Source: Oscillospiraceae bacterium
GTDB lineage: Bacteria; Bacillota; Clostridia; Oscillospirales; Oscillospiraceae
Direction: 5' to 3'
Length of the DNA stretch: 64,000 nucleotides
Assembly (NCBI GenBank): GCA_016296635.1
Contig: JAEDIZ010000001.1
Span: 6,002 to 70,001, forward strand
Below are positions 36,833 through 46,867 of this stretch, piece after piece; the stretch's first letter is position 1; each line of letters begins with the position of its first letter. The notes beneath the pieces are model-generated. The model saw only the letters and a list, made by a program, of their open reading frames with translations. It did not search any database and was not told where the DNA came from. Both the position numbers and the translations under genes were made by a program.

Positions 36833-38197
36833 ATGAAATACGCCAATCAGATCGCAAAGGAAACCATCGACAAGCTCTCCGCCATGGCAGACGCCGATCC
36901 CGAACGGTTCAAGAAGCCCCATCATCAGGTCGGCCCTTTCAAACCCAGAGACGATACCGAATTCTGGTGCTACAAGTGCTGGGTCAACCAGCTGGAGGTC
37001 CCTGAGGATGGCTATGATCTGAAGCCCTTCTTTGAAAACATGGATCTGCATTTCGATCTGCCGGAAGGCTTCGTTCCGGAAAAGACGCTCTCTCTCAGCC
37101 ACGCCAGCGACCTGATGGCGGTGGACTGCATCAATGACGATTATACGCCCCACATCTTTGACGATATCCGCGATTTCTATCTGACCGCCGATCTGCCCAC
37201 GGCGAACTTAGAGAGCTGCGTTTACACCGAAGCTCCCTTCGGCCGCAATCAGCCGCCTGTGAAGCCCGGCGAAACCAAGACCAAGGCCAGCCCCCGCATG
37301 AACACCAGCACCGGCATGCTGGACAAGTTCGTGAATGCCGGCATCAAGTATTTCTCCATGGCCAACAACCACTGCTTCGACTACGATGAGGTCGGTCTCA
37401 TCGCCACCTACAACGAGCTGGAAAAGCGCGGCGTTGCCCATTCCGGCACCAACATCCGTCCCGAGGACTACGGCAGCGTTCTCGTCATGGAAATGAACGG
37501 CATCAAGGTTGCACAGCTCTCCTCCACCTTCGACATCAACGGCCGCGAATGTAATACGCCGTGGATGATCGACCGCGTGGGTTACTGCGACAATCCCGCC
37601 AACATCGACTTCATCAAAATGCAGGTGCGCAAGGCAAAAGAGCAGGGCGCAGACCTCATCATTCTCCATGCGCATTGGGGCTGGGAATTTGAGATGTATC
37701 CCCGCGGCTGCACCGTAGAGCTGGGCCATAAGCTGGCGGAGCTGGGCATCGATGTCATCGTCGGCACCCATCCGCATGTCACGCAGCCCATGGAAAAGTA
37801 CATTTGGAACGACAATGGCACCGAGCGCCAGACCCTCATTTTCTACTCCCTCGGCGATTTTGTCAGCTACCATCCCGTCAGCCACAACAGCCGCGTCACC
37901 TTCGTTGCAAGGTATAATGCCGTCAAGGGCAAGCTGAACGGAGAAGACCGTACCCTCGTCACCGACCTGCAGATCCTGCCGCTTTACATTCTGGCAGCTG
38001 CCGACGAGAACGAGGATTATGATTTCCGCGTACTGCGTCTTTCCACGGTGCTGAACGACAAGCCCGACGAAAACGGAAAGTATCAGTACGGTCTGTGCGA
38101 CTGGGAGCGCGAGGATCTGCCCCGGATCCGGGAAAAGATCCTGCACGGCATCATTCTGCCGAAGAAGTGCGATTATCTTCTTGCGGAGCAGGTCTGA
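36833..38197 (+). CDS. CapA/PgsA family metallophosphoesterase-like protein
   Basis: ANLES, MANNHCFD, HWGWE, GTHPHV, YSLGDF; own promoter TTGACG-N17-TATAAT 36760-36788. Confidence 0.85.
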   Translation: MKYANQIAKETIDKLSAMADADPERFKKPHHQVGPFKPRDDTEFWCYKCWVNQLEVPEDGYDLKPFFENMDLHFDLPEGFVPEKTLSLSHASDLMAVDCINDDYTPHIFDDIRDFYLTADLPTANLESCVYTEAPFGRNQPPVKPGETKTKASPRMNTSTGMLDKFVNAGIKYFSMANNHCFDYDEVGLIATYNELEKRGVAHSGTNIRPEDYGSVLVMEMNGIKVAQLSSTFDINGRECNTPWMIDRVGYCDNPANIDFIKMQVRKAKEQGADLIILHAHWGWEFEMYPRGCTVELGHKLAELGIDVIVGTHPHVTQPMEKYIWNDNGTERQTLIFYSLGDFVSYHPVSHNSRVTFVARYNAVKGKLNGEDRTLVTDLQILPLYILAAADENEDYDFRVLRLSTVLNDKPDENGKYQYGLCDWEREDLPRIREKILHGIILPKKCDYLLAEQV

Positions 38198-38317
38198 CCG
38201 TCATTATTGCGATCGATTCTTTCAGCGGAGCGGGTACTGCGGTATCCGCTCCGCTTTTTTCTCAAAAACGATTGACGCGTATGCTATAATAGAGAAAAAA
38301 CTTTTTTCGAGGCATCT

Positions 38318-39220
38318 ATGCTGGAGTTTCATCCGCTTTCCCCGCATGACCGCGAGGCCGTGCTTCCGTTCCTGCGCCGTGCCCCATCCTTTGGCACGGA
38401 ATACAATTTCTGCAATATGCTCTTTTGGGCGCGCTTTTACGGCGAGATCTGCATCACCGGCAGCTTTGTCACGCAGATGAACCGGCATGATGACGCGCTC
38501 TGGTATCTGTTCCCGGCCTGCATCGGTGATGTGCGCGAAGCGCTGGAGACCATCATGGCCGACTGCCGCGAGCGCGGGACGCATCTTCGTCTTTACGGCA
38601 TTGGCGCGCAGGCCAAAGAGGCGCTGGATACTTTCTTCCCCGGCAGATTCGTCTGCACGCAGATCCGAAGCGCCGCGGACTACATCTATTCCCTTCCCGC
38701 CATGTGTACGCTGCAGGGCCGGAAACTCCAGTCCAAGCGGAACTTCTGCAACCGCTTTGAAAAGGAGCATCCGAACTGGCGCACGGAACCCGTGACCGGG
38801 CAGAATCTTTCCCTCTGCCGCACGATCTATGAAAGCTGGGGAACCGGTCATGACATCGTCCGCGGGCTGCAGGGAGAACGGCAGGCGCTGACGACCTGCT
38901 TTGACCATTTTGAGAAGCTGGGTATGGATGGTCTGCTGCTTTTTGACGGCGATTCGCCGCTGGCCTTCACCATCGGCAGCCGGACAAATTCGCAGGCGTT
39001 CGATGTGCATTTTGAAAAGGCACCTGCCGATGTTCCCGGCGCCTATCCCATGATCTGCCGGGAGTTTTCCCGCTATCTTGCGCAGAAATATCCCGAACTC
39101 TTATATCTCAACCGGGAGGATGACATGGGCGAGGAAAATCTTCGTCAGGCTAAGCTGGCCTATCATCCCGCATTTCTGCTTGAAAAATCTGTTGCCGATT
39201 ATCAGGAGGATATCCTATGA
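38318..39220 (+). CDS. DUF2156 / aminoacyl-phosphatidylglycerol synthase-like transferase domain protein
   Basis: DYIY..L.GRKLQSKRN, VHFEKA, GAY, YLNREDDMG..LRQAKL. Confidence 0.82.
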   Translation: MLEFHPLSPHDREAVLPFLRRAPSFGTEYNFCNMLFWARFYGEICITGSFVTQMNRHDDALWYLFPACIGDVREALETIMADCRERGTHLRLYGIGAQAKEALDTFFPGRFVCTQIRSAADYIYSLPAMCTLQGRKLQSKRNFCNRFEKEHPNWRTEPVTGQNLSLCRTIYESWGTGHDIVRGLQGERQALTTCFDHFEKLGMDGLLLFDGDSPLAFTIGSRTNSQAFDVHFEKAPADVPGAYPMICREFSRYLAQKYPELLYLNREDDMGEENLRQAKLAYHPAFLLEKSVADYQEDIL

Positions 39221-40008
39221 GATTCCGCAAGCTCAATCCCAATGACATTCCCCAGCTGAAGGCGCTCTGGAAGCAGGGCTTCGGCGATTCCGATGAAGAT
39301 ATTCAGAAATTCTTCAATACCGTCTGGCCGAATGCCGGCGGCTTCTGCGCAGACGAGGAGGGCAAGCTGCTTGCCATGGTCTTTGCGCTGCCCGTGACGC
39401 TGGCGCAGGCCGGTGAAACAAAAAAGGCCGTCTATCTCTATGCGCTGACCACCCACGAACGCTGCCGCCGGCAGGGCATCTGCAAAAAGCTGCTGGCCTA
39501 CGCGGAGAAGGAACTGAAGAAAAAGTACGTCTCCTGTATGCTGCTGGTGCCTGCCAGCGATCAGCTTGCCGTCTACTATGAAGGCCTCGGCTTCACGCAG
39601 ACGCCCTCTGTTCAGCTCATGGACATGCAGGAGCAGAAACCGGCAGGCGAAGCGCAGGAGATCTCCGCACAGGCCTATGCCGGTCTGCGCGAAACGATTC
39701 TGTTTGAGATCCCCCATGTGCAGTATGACAAGACGCTTCTTGACTACGAGGCCTGCCACTATAAATTCTATCAGCTGCAGATCGCCAACAGTTTCGGCTG
39801 CGCGGCCGTCTGCGCAAAGGACGGCGGCTGCGTGGTGGACGAGCTGCTGCCGGATGCCGCCTTCCTGCCCGCACTGGCCACCGTTATTCCGACAGACCGC
39901 TGGTATGTCAAGTGCCCCGGTCAGACGAATGCCTTTGCCATGGTCAAATGGCTGGATGAGGAAGACCCGGCTTACAGTCCCATGTATCTGGCCTTTGCCT
40001 TTGATTGA
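39217..40008 (+). CDS. GNAT family acetyltransferase
   Basis: LWKQGFGD, YLYALTT..RRQGI, YYEGLGF; overlaps the upstream gene's stop. Confidence 0.85.
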   Translation: MRFRKLNPNDIPQLKALWKQGFGDSDEDIQKFFNTVWPNAGGFCADEEGKLLAMVFALPVTLAQAGETKKAVYLYALTTHERCRRQGICKKLLAYAEKELKKKYVSCMLLVPASDQLAVYYEGLGFTQTPSVQLMDMQEQKPAGEAQEISAQAYAGLRETILFEIPHVQYDKTLLDYEACHYKFYQLQIANSFGCAAVCAKDGGCVVDELLPDAAFLPALATVIPTDRWYVKCPGQTNAFAMVKWLDEEDPAYSPMYLAFAFD

Positions 40009-40038
40009 CGGCTGCACACAGCGTGTGATAATATAAAA

Positions 40039-40201
40039 AGGAACCTCTGAATAAATCGTCGGCGGCTGATAGGCGGATCTTTTGACCCAGCTGTGCAGTA
40101 TGAAAATCGAGAAATACATACAGTATTCCTGCGATTTCCATACTTTCACCTGAGCCAAAATCTCTCGCTGTCAGCTCTTGCCGATTGAATCAGAGCTTCC
40201 T
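40039..40201 (+). ncRNA. ssrS: Probable 6S RNA (compact)
   Basis: Rod-like fold: GGAACCTCTGA/TCAGAGCTTCC ends, GCTGATAG/CTGTCAGC, AGTATGAAAATCG/CGATTTCCATACT, central bubble with TTTGACC and CACCTG..CAAAA; promoter TTGACG 40005 / GATAAT 40027. Confidence 0.65.
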
Positions 40202-40233
40202 AAATACCCTGTTTTTTCCGGGAGGTGAACCCC

Positions 40234-41148
40234 ATGGCGCAGCCGGTTTCCCTTGATGCGCAGACCGTACGCAGGCTGCTGGCCGCAAAAAGCGGCAGCG
40301 CTGCCCTTCTTTATGTTTATATTGCCGCGGGGGAACCTTTGGAGCAGGCGCAGGCTTTTCTGGAGCTGTCCAAGGACGATTATGAGATGGCCCGCGCCAT
40401 TCTGCAGCAGATGGGACTTTGGCCGCAGCCCGAGATTCGGCATCTGCCTTCCTCAGAAGCACCCCATTATACGGAAGAGGATCTGACCCGGGAGCTGGCC
40501 GGCAATCCGGAATTTCCCAGCATGGTGGGTGAGGCCCAGCGCAGACTCGGCAGGATTCTTTCCAACGAGGAATTGAAAATTCTGCTCTGCATCTACCGCT
40601 ATCTCGGCCTCAGCCCGGAGGTCATCTCCATTCTCATCAACTACTGCATCCGCCGTCAGCAGACACAGACCCCCGGCCGGATGCCCTCCATCCGCACCAT
40701 TGAAAAAGAAGCCTACCGCTGGGCCGACAACGGCATCGACACCATGGAGCAGGCCGCGGCTTTCATGCAGAGCCAGCTGCGGCAGGCGGCTGGCGTGGAA
40801 CGCATCCGCAGTCTTTTCGGTCTGACGGAGCGCCGCCTCACCGCCGGCGAGCAGCGGTATATTGCCGACTGGCTGGACTGGGGATTTTCGGATGATGCCA
40901 TCCGCATGGCATACGAAAAGACCTGCACGAATACCGGCGGCCTCAAATGGGCCTATCTCAACTCCATCTTAAAAAGCTGGCATGCGCAGAATCTGCACAC
41001 CCCGGCGGAAATCGAAGCCGGCGACCGCGCGCCGGCGCCCGCTTATGCAAAGAAAAAGCCCGGCTACAATGCCGCGCAGCACAACGATCCTCTGAGCGCG
41101 CTGGATCATGACACGATCACACAGATGTTACACGATGAGGAGATCTGA
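40234..41148 (+). CDS. DnaD/DnaB_2 domain replication protein
   Basis: Two DnaD-type repeats (IEKEAYRWADNGIDT; YLNSILKSW); GGAGGTGA RBS. Confidence 0.85.
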   Translation: MAQPVSLDAQTVRRLLAAKSGSAALLYVYIAAGEPLEQAQAFLELSKDDYEMARAILQQMGLWPQPEIRHLPSSEAPHYTEEDLTRELAGNPEFPSMVGEAQRRLGRILSNEELKILLCIYRYLGLSPEVISILINYCIRRQQTQTPGRMPSIRTIEKEAYRWADNGIDTMEQAAAFMQSQLRQAAGVERIRSLFGLTERRLTAGEQRYIADWLDWGFSDDAIRMAYEKTCTNTGGLKWAYLNSILKSWHAQNLHTPAEIEAGDRAPAPAYAKKKPGYNAAQHNDPLSALDHDTITQMLHDEEI

Positions 41149-41150
41149 AC

Positions 41151-42122
41151 ATGGCATACGATGCTTCCGTTTTGCAGCGGGCACAGGCCCGGCTGGATGA
41201 AGAACGCGAACAGAACGAACTGAATAACCGCAGCCGCATCGCCGCCATCTATGACCGGCTGCCGCGGCTGCGCGAAATTGAGCGCGAGCTGCGCAAAACC
41301 GCAGCCAAGGTCTGCGCGGCATCCTTCCGCGCAGGCGAGGATGGTGCGCTGACCATCCAGCGGCTGAAAGAGGAGAACCTCGCCCTGCAGCGCGAGCGCG
41401 AATGGATTCTTGAGTCCAGCGACATCGATCCCGAGGACTTGGAAGCCGCTCCCATCTGCCCCGTCTGCGGCGGCACCGGCTGGCGCGGCGCCGTCATGTG
41501 CGACTGTTTGAAGGAGCTTTGCCGGCAGGAACAGAAGAAGGAGCTTTCCACCCAGCTCGGCGCCGGACGCGAGAGCTTTGACAGATTCCGGCTGGATGTC
41601 TATCCCGACACCTACAACGCAGAGCTCGGCACCAGCCCGAGAGAGCTGATGAAATCGGTCCTGAACAAGGCTGTGCGCTACGCGCAGACCTTTTCTCCCG
41701 CGTCTAAATCTCTGCTGTTCTATGGCGCAACGGGCTTGGGCAAAACCTTCCTCTCCGGCTGCATCGCAAAGACCGTTGCCGAAAAAGGCTGTTCCGTCTG
41801 CTATGTTTCCGCAGGCAGACTGTTTTCCGATTTTGAAACGCAGAAGTTCCGTCCGGACGGAAGTGATCTTACCAGACGCTATTTTGACTGCGACCTGCTG
41901 ATTCTCGACGATCTCGGCACCGAAATGACCACCCAGTTCACGGTTTCCGCCCTCTATCAGATCATCAACGAGCGGCTTATGGAATCAAAGCCCGTCATTC
42001 TTTCCTCCAACATTCCGCTGGAGGAGCTGGAGGCCCGCTACTCATCGCAGATCGCCTCGCGTGTGCTCGGCAGCTATACGCGCTTCAAATTTGTCGGTGA
42101 CGACATCCGCATGATGAAATAA
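41151..42122 (+). CDS. DnaC/DnaI-like helicase loader ATPase
   Basis: CPVCGGTG..CDC zinc motif, GATGLGKT Walker A, LLILDDLG Walker B; terminator 42130-42159. Confidence 0.88.
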   Translation: MAYDASVLQRAQARLDEEREQNELNNRSRIAAIYDRLPRLREIERELRKTAAKVCAASFRAGEDGALTIQRLKEENLALQREREWILESSDIDPEDLEAAPICPVCGGTGWRGAVMCDCLKELCRQEQKKELSTQLGAGRESFDRFRLDVYPDTYNAELGTSPRELMKSVLNKAVRYAQTFSPASKSLLFYGATGLGKTFLSGCIAKTVAEKGCSVCYVSAGRLFSDFETQKFRPDGSDLTRRYFDCDLLILDDLGTEMTTQFTVSALYQIINERLMESKPVILSSNIPLEELEARYSSQIASRVLGSYTRFKFVGDDIRMMK

Positions 42123-42333
42123 ACCCTTGGCGCCCTCCCGAGCGGGAGGGCGCTTTTTTGTGTAGGTTTGTTTTCTGCAAAATCCCGCCGCATGTCACCT
42201 TTTTCCCGAAAAAGTTTACAATTAAATGACAATTCCCACTTTCCAGTTGACACTTCTTGTGGTACAATGATAGGCGGAATTTTTTGCTGCCGGAAAAGCG
42301 GCTTCCAATAGAACTCAAAAGGAACTTTTTGTC

Positions 42334-44421
42334 ATGCTGGAACTTCTTTCTCCCGCCGGCTCCATGGAGGCGCTGCGCGCTGCCGTTCAGAACGGAGCCA
42401 ATGCGGTTTATCTTGGATATGACAGCTTCAATGCCCGCATGAACGCCCGCAATTTCTCTGCCGAGGAGCTGCAGGAGGCCATCGTCTACTGCCATGTGCG
42501 CGGTGTAAAGGTGCATCTGACGCTCAATGTTTTGGTTTCCGACCGGGAAATGGCCCGCGCCGCGGATGTGATCCGTCTGGCCGCTACGCTGGGTGTGGAC
42601 GCGCTGATCGTGCAGGATTTGGGCATTGCCGCTCTGTGTCGGCAGATCGCGCCGGATATGCCGATCCATGCCTCCACGCAGATGTCCATCCACTCGCTCG
42701 AGGGTGTGCGGCAGGCTGCCGAAATGGGCTGTACCCGCGTGGTGCTTTCCCGGGAGCTGCCGAGAGAGGAGATCGCCCGCATCTGCCGCAAGAGTCCGGT
42801 GGAAATTGAAGTATTCGTCCACGGCGCACTGTGTATGTGCTATTCCGGCCAGTGCTACCTTTCCTCTGTCATCGGCCGCCGCTCCGGCAATCGGGGCCAA
42901 TGTGCCCAGCCCTGCCGGTTGAACTACGGCTACGGCAGATTTGAACCCAGCCGGTATCCGCTTTCTTTGAAGGACAACTGTCTCATCGAGGATCTTTCGG
43001 AGCTTTCGCGCATGGGCGTGGCGTCCATCAAAATCGAAGGACGCATGAAGCGTCCGGAATATGTTGCCATCGTTACAAGACTCTACCGCGCTGCGCTGGA
43101 CGGCAAGCGCGTCACCGAAAAGGATCTTTCCGATCTTGCCGCGGTATTCTCCCGGCAGGGCTTCACGCAGGGCTACTACGAAGGCAAAACCGGCGCCGAT
43201 ATGTTCGGCACCCGGCAGGATATTGAGGAAAACAAGGAACTCTTTGCAAACGCAAGAGCTACCTATGAAAACCACGAAACGCCCCGCGTTCCGGTTCGGT
43301 TCTTCGCCATTTTGCAGCAGGGTCAGCCCTCGCAGCTGGCTGTGGAGGACGATCAGGGCCATGTCTGCAAGACGCTCGGCCCCGTGCCCGAGGCGGCCAT
43401 GACCCATTCGCTCACGGCGGAAGAGCTGGAACAACGCCTCAAAAAGACCGGCGGCACGCCGTATTTCTGCACGGAGGTAAAATCCGCACTTTCCGGCGGA
43501 ATCATGCTGCCCGCCTCCGTCATCAACGCCATGCGCCGCGATGTGCTGGCAGAACTGACGGCAAAGCGCGGCCGCGTCAACGTCGGAACGCTGAACGCCT
43601 ATAATCCGGCTGTGCCCTATGACGGTATCGCCGGCGAGCCGGCACTCACCGTTGGCGTTACCACCGCTGCGCAGATCACACCGCGTCTTTTGGACGCGCG
43701 TCCGTCCGTTCTCTATGTGCCGCTCTCCGAGCTGCTGGCGCATCCCGAAATTCCGGGGATGCTCGGCGTGGAAACGCAGCTGGCAGCCGTGCTGCCCCGC
43801 GTAGTCTGGACGGGTGAGACCGCCAATTTGGCCGCGCAGCTTCGCGCCGCCTACGATATGGGCGTGCGGCAGCTTCTGGTGGGCAATCTCGGTCAGGTGC
43901 ATATGGCGAAGGAGCTGGGCTTCGTTGTCCGCGGCGACTTCGGTCTCAATATTTACAACTCGCGTTCCATGAACTACCTGCGCACGCAGGGGCTGGAATC
44001 GCAGCTGCTTTCCTTTGAAATGACCATGCCGCAGATCCGTGACGTCTCCAAGGCCGTGCCGGCAGAGGTGCTGGTCTACGGCAGACTGCCGCTGATGCTG
44101 ATGGAAAACTGCGTCATCAAAAACCGCACCGGCGTGTGCGGCTGCGACTCGGCACCCGTCCGGCTCATCGACCGCATGGGCGAGGAGTTCCCCGTCATCA
44201 AGGACGCAGGCACCTGCCGAAATGTCCTGCTGAACGGCAAAAAGCTGTATCTGCTCGATAAGCTGGACGCTTTCCGGGGCTTCGGTCTGTGGGCGCTGCG
44301 CCTGCAGTTCACCACGGAAAATCCCAGCGAGGTGGATAAGGTCATCACCGACTACCGCAGAGGCGGCCAGTTTGACGCCGGCAGCTATACAAGAGGCCTC
44401 TATTCCAGAGGCGTGGAATAA
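42334..44421 (+). CDS. U32 family peptidase-like RNA hydroxylase (RlhA-like, long form)
   Basis: ELLSPAGS, HGALCMCYSGQC, NRGQCAQPCR, KIEGRMK, long C-terminal extension. Confidence 0.88.
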   Translation: MLELLSPAGSMEALRAAVQNGANAVYLGYDSFNARMNARNFSAEELQEAIVYCHVRGVKVHLTLNVLVSDREMARAADVIRLAATLGVDALIVQDLGIAALCRQIAPDMPIHASTQMSIHSLEGVRQAAEMGCTRVVLSRELPREEIARICRKSPVEIEVFVHGALCMCYSGQCYLSSVIGRRSGNRGQCAQPCRLNYGYGRFEPSRYPLSLKDNCLIEDLSELSRMGVASIKIEGRMKRPEYVAIVTRLYRAALDGKRVTEKDLSDLAAVFSRQGFTQGYYEGKTGADMFGTRQDIEENKELFANARATYENHETPRVPVRFFAILQQGQPSQLAVEDDQGHVCKTLGPVPEAAMTHSLTAEELEQRLKKTGGTPYFCTEVKSALSGGIMLPASVINAMRRDVLAELTAKRGRVNVGTLNAYNPAVPYDGIAGEPALTVGVTTAAQITPRLLDARPSVLYVPLSELLAHPEIPGMLGVETQLAAVLPRVVWTGETANLAAQLRAAYDMGVRQLLVGNLGQVHMAKELGFVVRGDFGLNIYNSRSMNYLRTQGLESQLLSFEMTMPQIRDVSKAVPAEVLVYGRLPLMLMENCVIKNRTGVCGCDSAPVRLIDRMGEEFPVIKDAGTCRNVLLNGKKLYLLDKLDAFRGFGLWALRLQFTTENPSEVDKVITDYRRGGQFDAGSYTRGLYSRGVE

Positions 44422-44449
44422 ATTCTTCTGTGCCTCTAAAAAGCGCTCT

Positions 44450-44843
44450 GTAGGGGTCGGTGTCCTCGACGACCCGCCACTGCAGCCGTCAGGGAACGCT
44501 GTGACTTTCGCTCCGTCCAAAACGTCACAAATTGCATCCGAAACTATCGCGGCGAGCGAACGACCGCCCGAAGGGAGCGCGTCGAGCCGCTTGTCAGGTA
44601 GTGACCATTTCAGACAAAAAGGAAAGATTCCAAAGAAAACCATATGGTTTTCTTTGGTACGCTTCTTTCCCCCATTTCTTTTCGTAAAAAAAGAAATGGG
44701 ACCGCCGGAGGCATAACAAGCAGAAAACTTGCACTATGGCATCTTCCGCGCCTGCGGCGCGGCGGAACGCTGATCGCAGCGTTCCCTACGGTGTATGCGG
44801 TTTTGAGAATGAATACCGCGGCAAGGGCAAGCCCTTGCCCTAC
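44450..44843. repeat. REP-like cluster 5 including copy 2 of the ~185-bp structured element (44529-44714)
   Basis: GTAG unit at 44450, element copy 2, reverse units ending 44789 and 44843, reverse degenerate linker 44798-44816. Confidence 0.8.
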
Positions 44844-44902
44844 AAGCACAGCTCCGGCTCTGCGAAATATCGGAAACGATTTAAAGAAAAGAGATTCCCC
44901 CT

Positions 44903-45475
44903 ATGTCCATCATTTTAGCCTCCAAATCTCCCCGGCGGCAGGAGCTTCTTCGTCTGCTGGGCGTGGATTTTACAATTGAAACCGCCGACATTGACGAGCA
45001 CATGGATCCCGCGCTTCCTGCCGAGCAGGAGGTCATGCGGGTGTCCGGCCTGAAAGCGGCGAAAATCGCCGACCGTCATCCGGACGATCTCGTCATCGCC
45101 TCAGACACCATCGTTGTCGTTGACGGCAGGATTCTCGGCAAGCCCAAGGATGAAGCAGACGCATTTTCCATGCTCCGGCAGCTCTGCGGCCGAAGCCACG
45201 AGGTCATGACCGGCCTCTGTGTCCGGCAGGGAAGCCGTGAAGTTCGCGACGCCGTCATCACGAAGGTTTCCTTCCGTGATCTCTCCGACGCGGAAATCCG
45301 CGCCTACATCGCCACCGGCGAGCCTATGGACAAGGCCGGCGCCTACGGCATTCAAGGCAGAGCCAGCGTCTTTGTCACGGGCATCGAGGGCGACTATTTT
45401 GCCGTCATGGGTCTGCCCGTCTGCAGGCTTTGCCAGATTCTTCGCTCCTTCGGCGTCACGGTTCTTGACGCTTAA
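44903..45475 (+). CDS. maf: Maf nucleoside triphosphate pyrophosphatase
   Basis: LASKSPRRQELL, SDTIV, LGKP, DKAGAYGIQ, VMGLP. Confidence 0.93.
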   Translation: MSIILASKSPRRQELLRLLGVDFTIETADIDEHMDPALPAEQEVMRVSGLKAAKIADRHPDDLVIASDTIVVVDGRILGKPKDEADAFSMLRQLCGRSHEVMTGLCVRQGSREVRDAVITKVSFRDLSDAEIRAYIATGEPMDKAGAYGIQGRASVFVTGIEGDYFAVMGLPVCRLCQILRSFGVTVLDA

Positions 45476-45498
45476 CTACTGCTCAGAGGTGAATCCGC

Positions 45499-46335
45499 AT
45501 GAAAAAACAGTTCTTCTCCGCGCGCATGAAAACCATCCTGATCACAGCAGGCGTTGCTGCGCTTCTTGCCGCGGTCATTCTTGCCATCGCATCCGGCGCG
45601 AGCTTCGGAGAAAACCTCGTCGGCACGATCCTTTCGCCCTTCCGCAAGGGCGTTGCCGCCATCGACCGGCAGGCCGAGCGGTATTATAATTATCTGTTCG
45701 GCTACGAATCTCTGCAGGCGGAAAACGCCGCGCTGGAAGCGCGCATTCTGGACATGGAGGAAAATGTCCGGACCGCGGAGGAACTGGCCCGTGAGAACGA
45801 GCGTCTGAAGGCGCTTCTCAAGCTCTCGGAAGAGCATGAGGACTACAAATATATCTCCGCCTACATCATCTCCTGGGATTCCTCCGATTACAGAAGCGCC
45901 TTTACTATCGGCAAGGGCACCACGGCAGGCCTGGAAGAGGGCATGTGCGCCGTCACGGAAAACGGGCAGGTCATCGGTCTTGTGACCAAGGTCGGCACCA
46001 ACTGGGCCACCATCACCACCATCCTCGATTCCTCGCTGGAGATCAGTGCCTCCATTGCGTCCTCCGGCTATACCGGCGTGGTGCAGGGCACCTTCCTCGC
46101 AGACGGCACCAGCATCCTGCGTATGAACTATCTGCTCACCGATGCCATCGTCAAAAATAACGACCAGGTCGTCACCACCGGCTCCACGCTCTATCCGCGC
46201 GGACTGCTGCTGGGCTACATCACAAACGCTTCGCTGGACGAGACCGGCGTTGCAAAATACGCAACGCTCAACCCCTCCTGCGATCTCAACAAGCTCGAGC
46301 AGATCTTCATCATTTCCGACTACAAGGCGGAATAA
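45499..46335 (+). CDS. mreC: Rod shape-determining protein MreC
   Basis: TM + coiled coil (ENERLKALL), IGKGT..GL, VVTTG..YPRGLLLG. Confidence 0.9.
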   Translation: MKKQFFSARMKTILITAGVAALLAAVILAIASGASFGENLVGTILSPFRKGVAAIDRQAERYYNYLFGYESLQAENAALEARILDMEENVRTAEELARENERLKALLKLSEEHEDYKYISAYIISWDSSDYRSAFTIGKGTTAGLEEGMCAVTENGQVIGLVTKVGTNWATITTILDSSLEISASIASSGYTGVVQGTFLADGTSILRMNYLLTDAIVKNNDQVVTTGSTLYPRGLLLGYITNASLDETGVAKYATLNPSCDLNKLEQIFIISDYKAE

Positions 46336-46368
46336 GCCCCACCTTTCCCGAAAGGAGCGCAGCATATC

Positions 46369-46866
46369 ATGCGTGAAAAATATCAGAACGCCCTGATGTG
46401 GGCGCTCTACACCGTTCTGTTTCTGTTTGCGGTTATTGTGCAGACCGTCATTTTCGGCCATGCACGGTTCCTCGATGTCAAGCTGGCGATTCTGCCCGTG
46501 ACCATCGCCTGCGTCGCCATGTTCAACGGCGCGGAAAACAGCGCCCTCTTCGGTCTCGGCTGCGGCATCTTCTGGTGCTTTGCGGGCGCGGACGGCGGCG
46601 CGATCTTCATCCCGCTTTTCTGTGTGGCGGCCGCAGTTGTCGGCTATCTCTGCGACCGGCTGCTGGTGCGCAGTCTTGTCAGCGCACTTCTGGTCAGTCT
46701 GCTGGCGCTGTTTATCTGCCAGTTTGTTCTGTATCTGTTCAAGCTCTGGCTGGGCGCGGCTTATTTCCGGGACCTGTTTCTGCTGTTCAAGCAGCTGATC
46801 GTCTCCCTGATTGCCTGCCCGCCCATCTATCTCGCCGCATGGGCGATCCGAAAGGCAGGTGCCTGA
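46369..46866 (+). CDS. mreD: Rod shape-determining protein MreD (divergent)
   Basis: Hydrophobic multi-TM protein between mreC and PBP. Confidence 0.7.
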   Translation: MREKYQNALMWALYTVLFLFAVIVQTVIFGHARFLDVKLAILPVTIACVAMFNGAENSALFGLGCGIFWCFAGADGGAIFIPLFCVAAAVVGYLCDRLLVRSLVSALLVSLLALFICQFVLYLFKLWLGAAYFRDLFLLFKQLIVSLIACPPIYLAAWAIRKAGA

Positions 46867-46867
46867 T

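Noticed and set aside
40234..42122. dnaD/dnaC pair as a prophage replication module
   Set aside because: No integrase, structural or lysis genes nearby, flanked by core genes, and consistent with the chromosomal clostridial loader pair.
42085..44643. Long antisense ORFs (852 aa here; also 25-918, 5331-6668, 18982-20394, 28732-30177, 49003-51060, 53292-55853)
   Set aside because: They lie opposite well-recognised genes and have no recognisable motifs; typical shadow ORFs of GC-rich codon usage.
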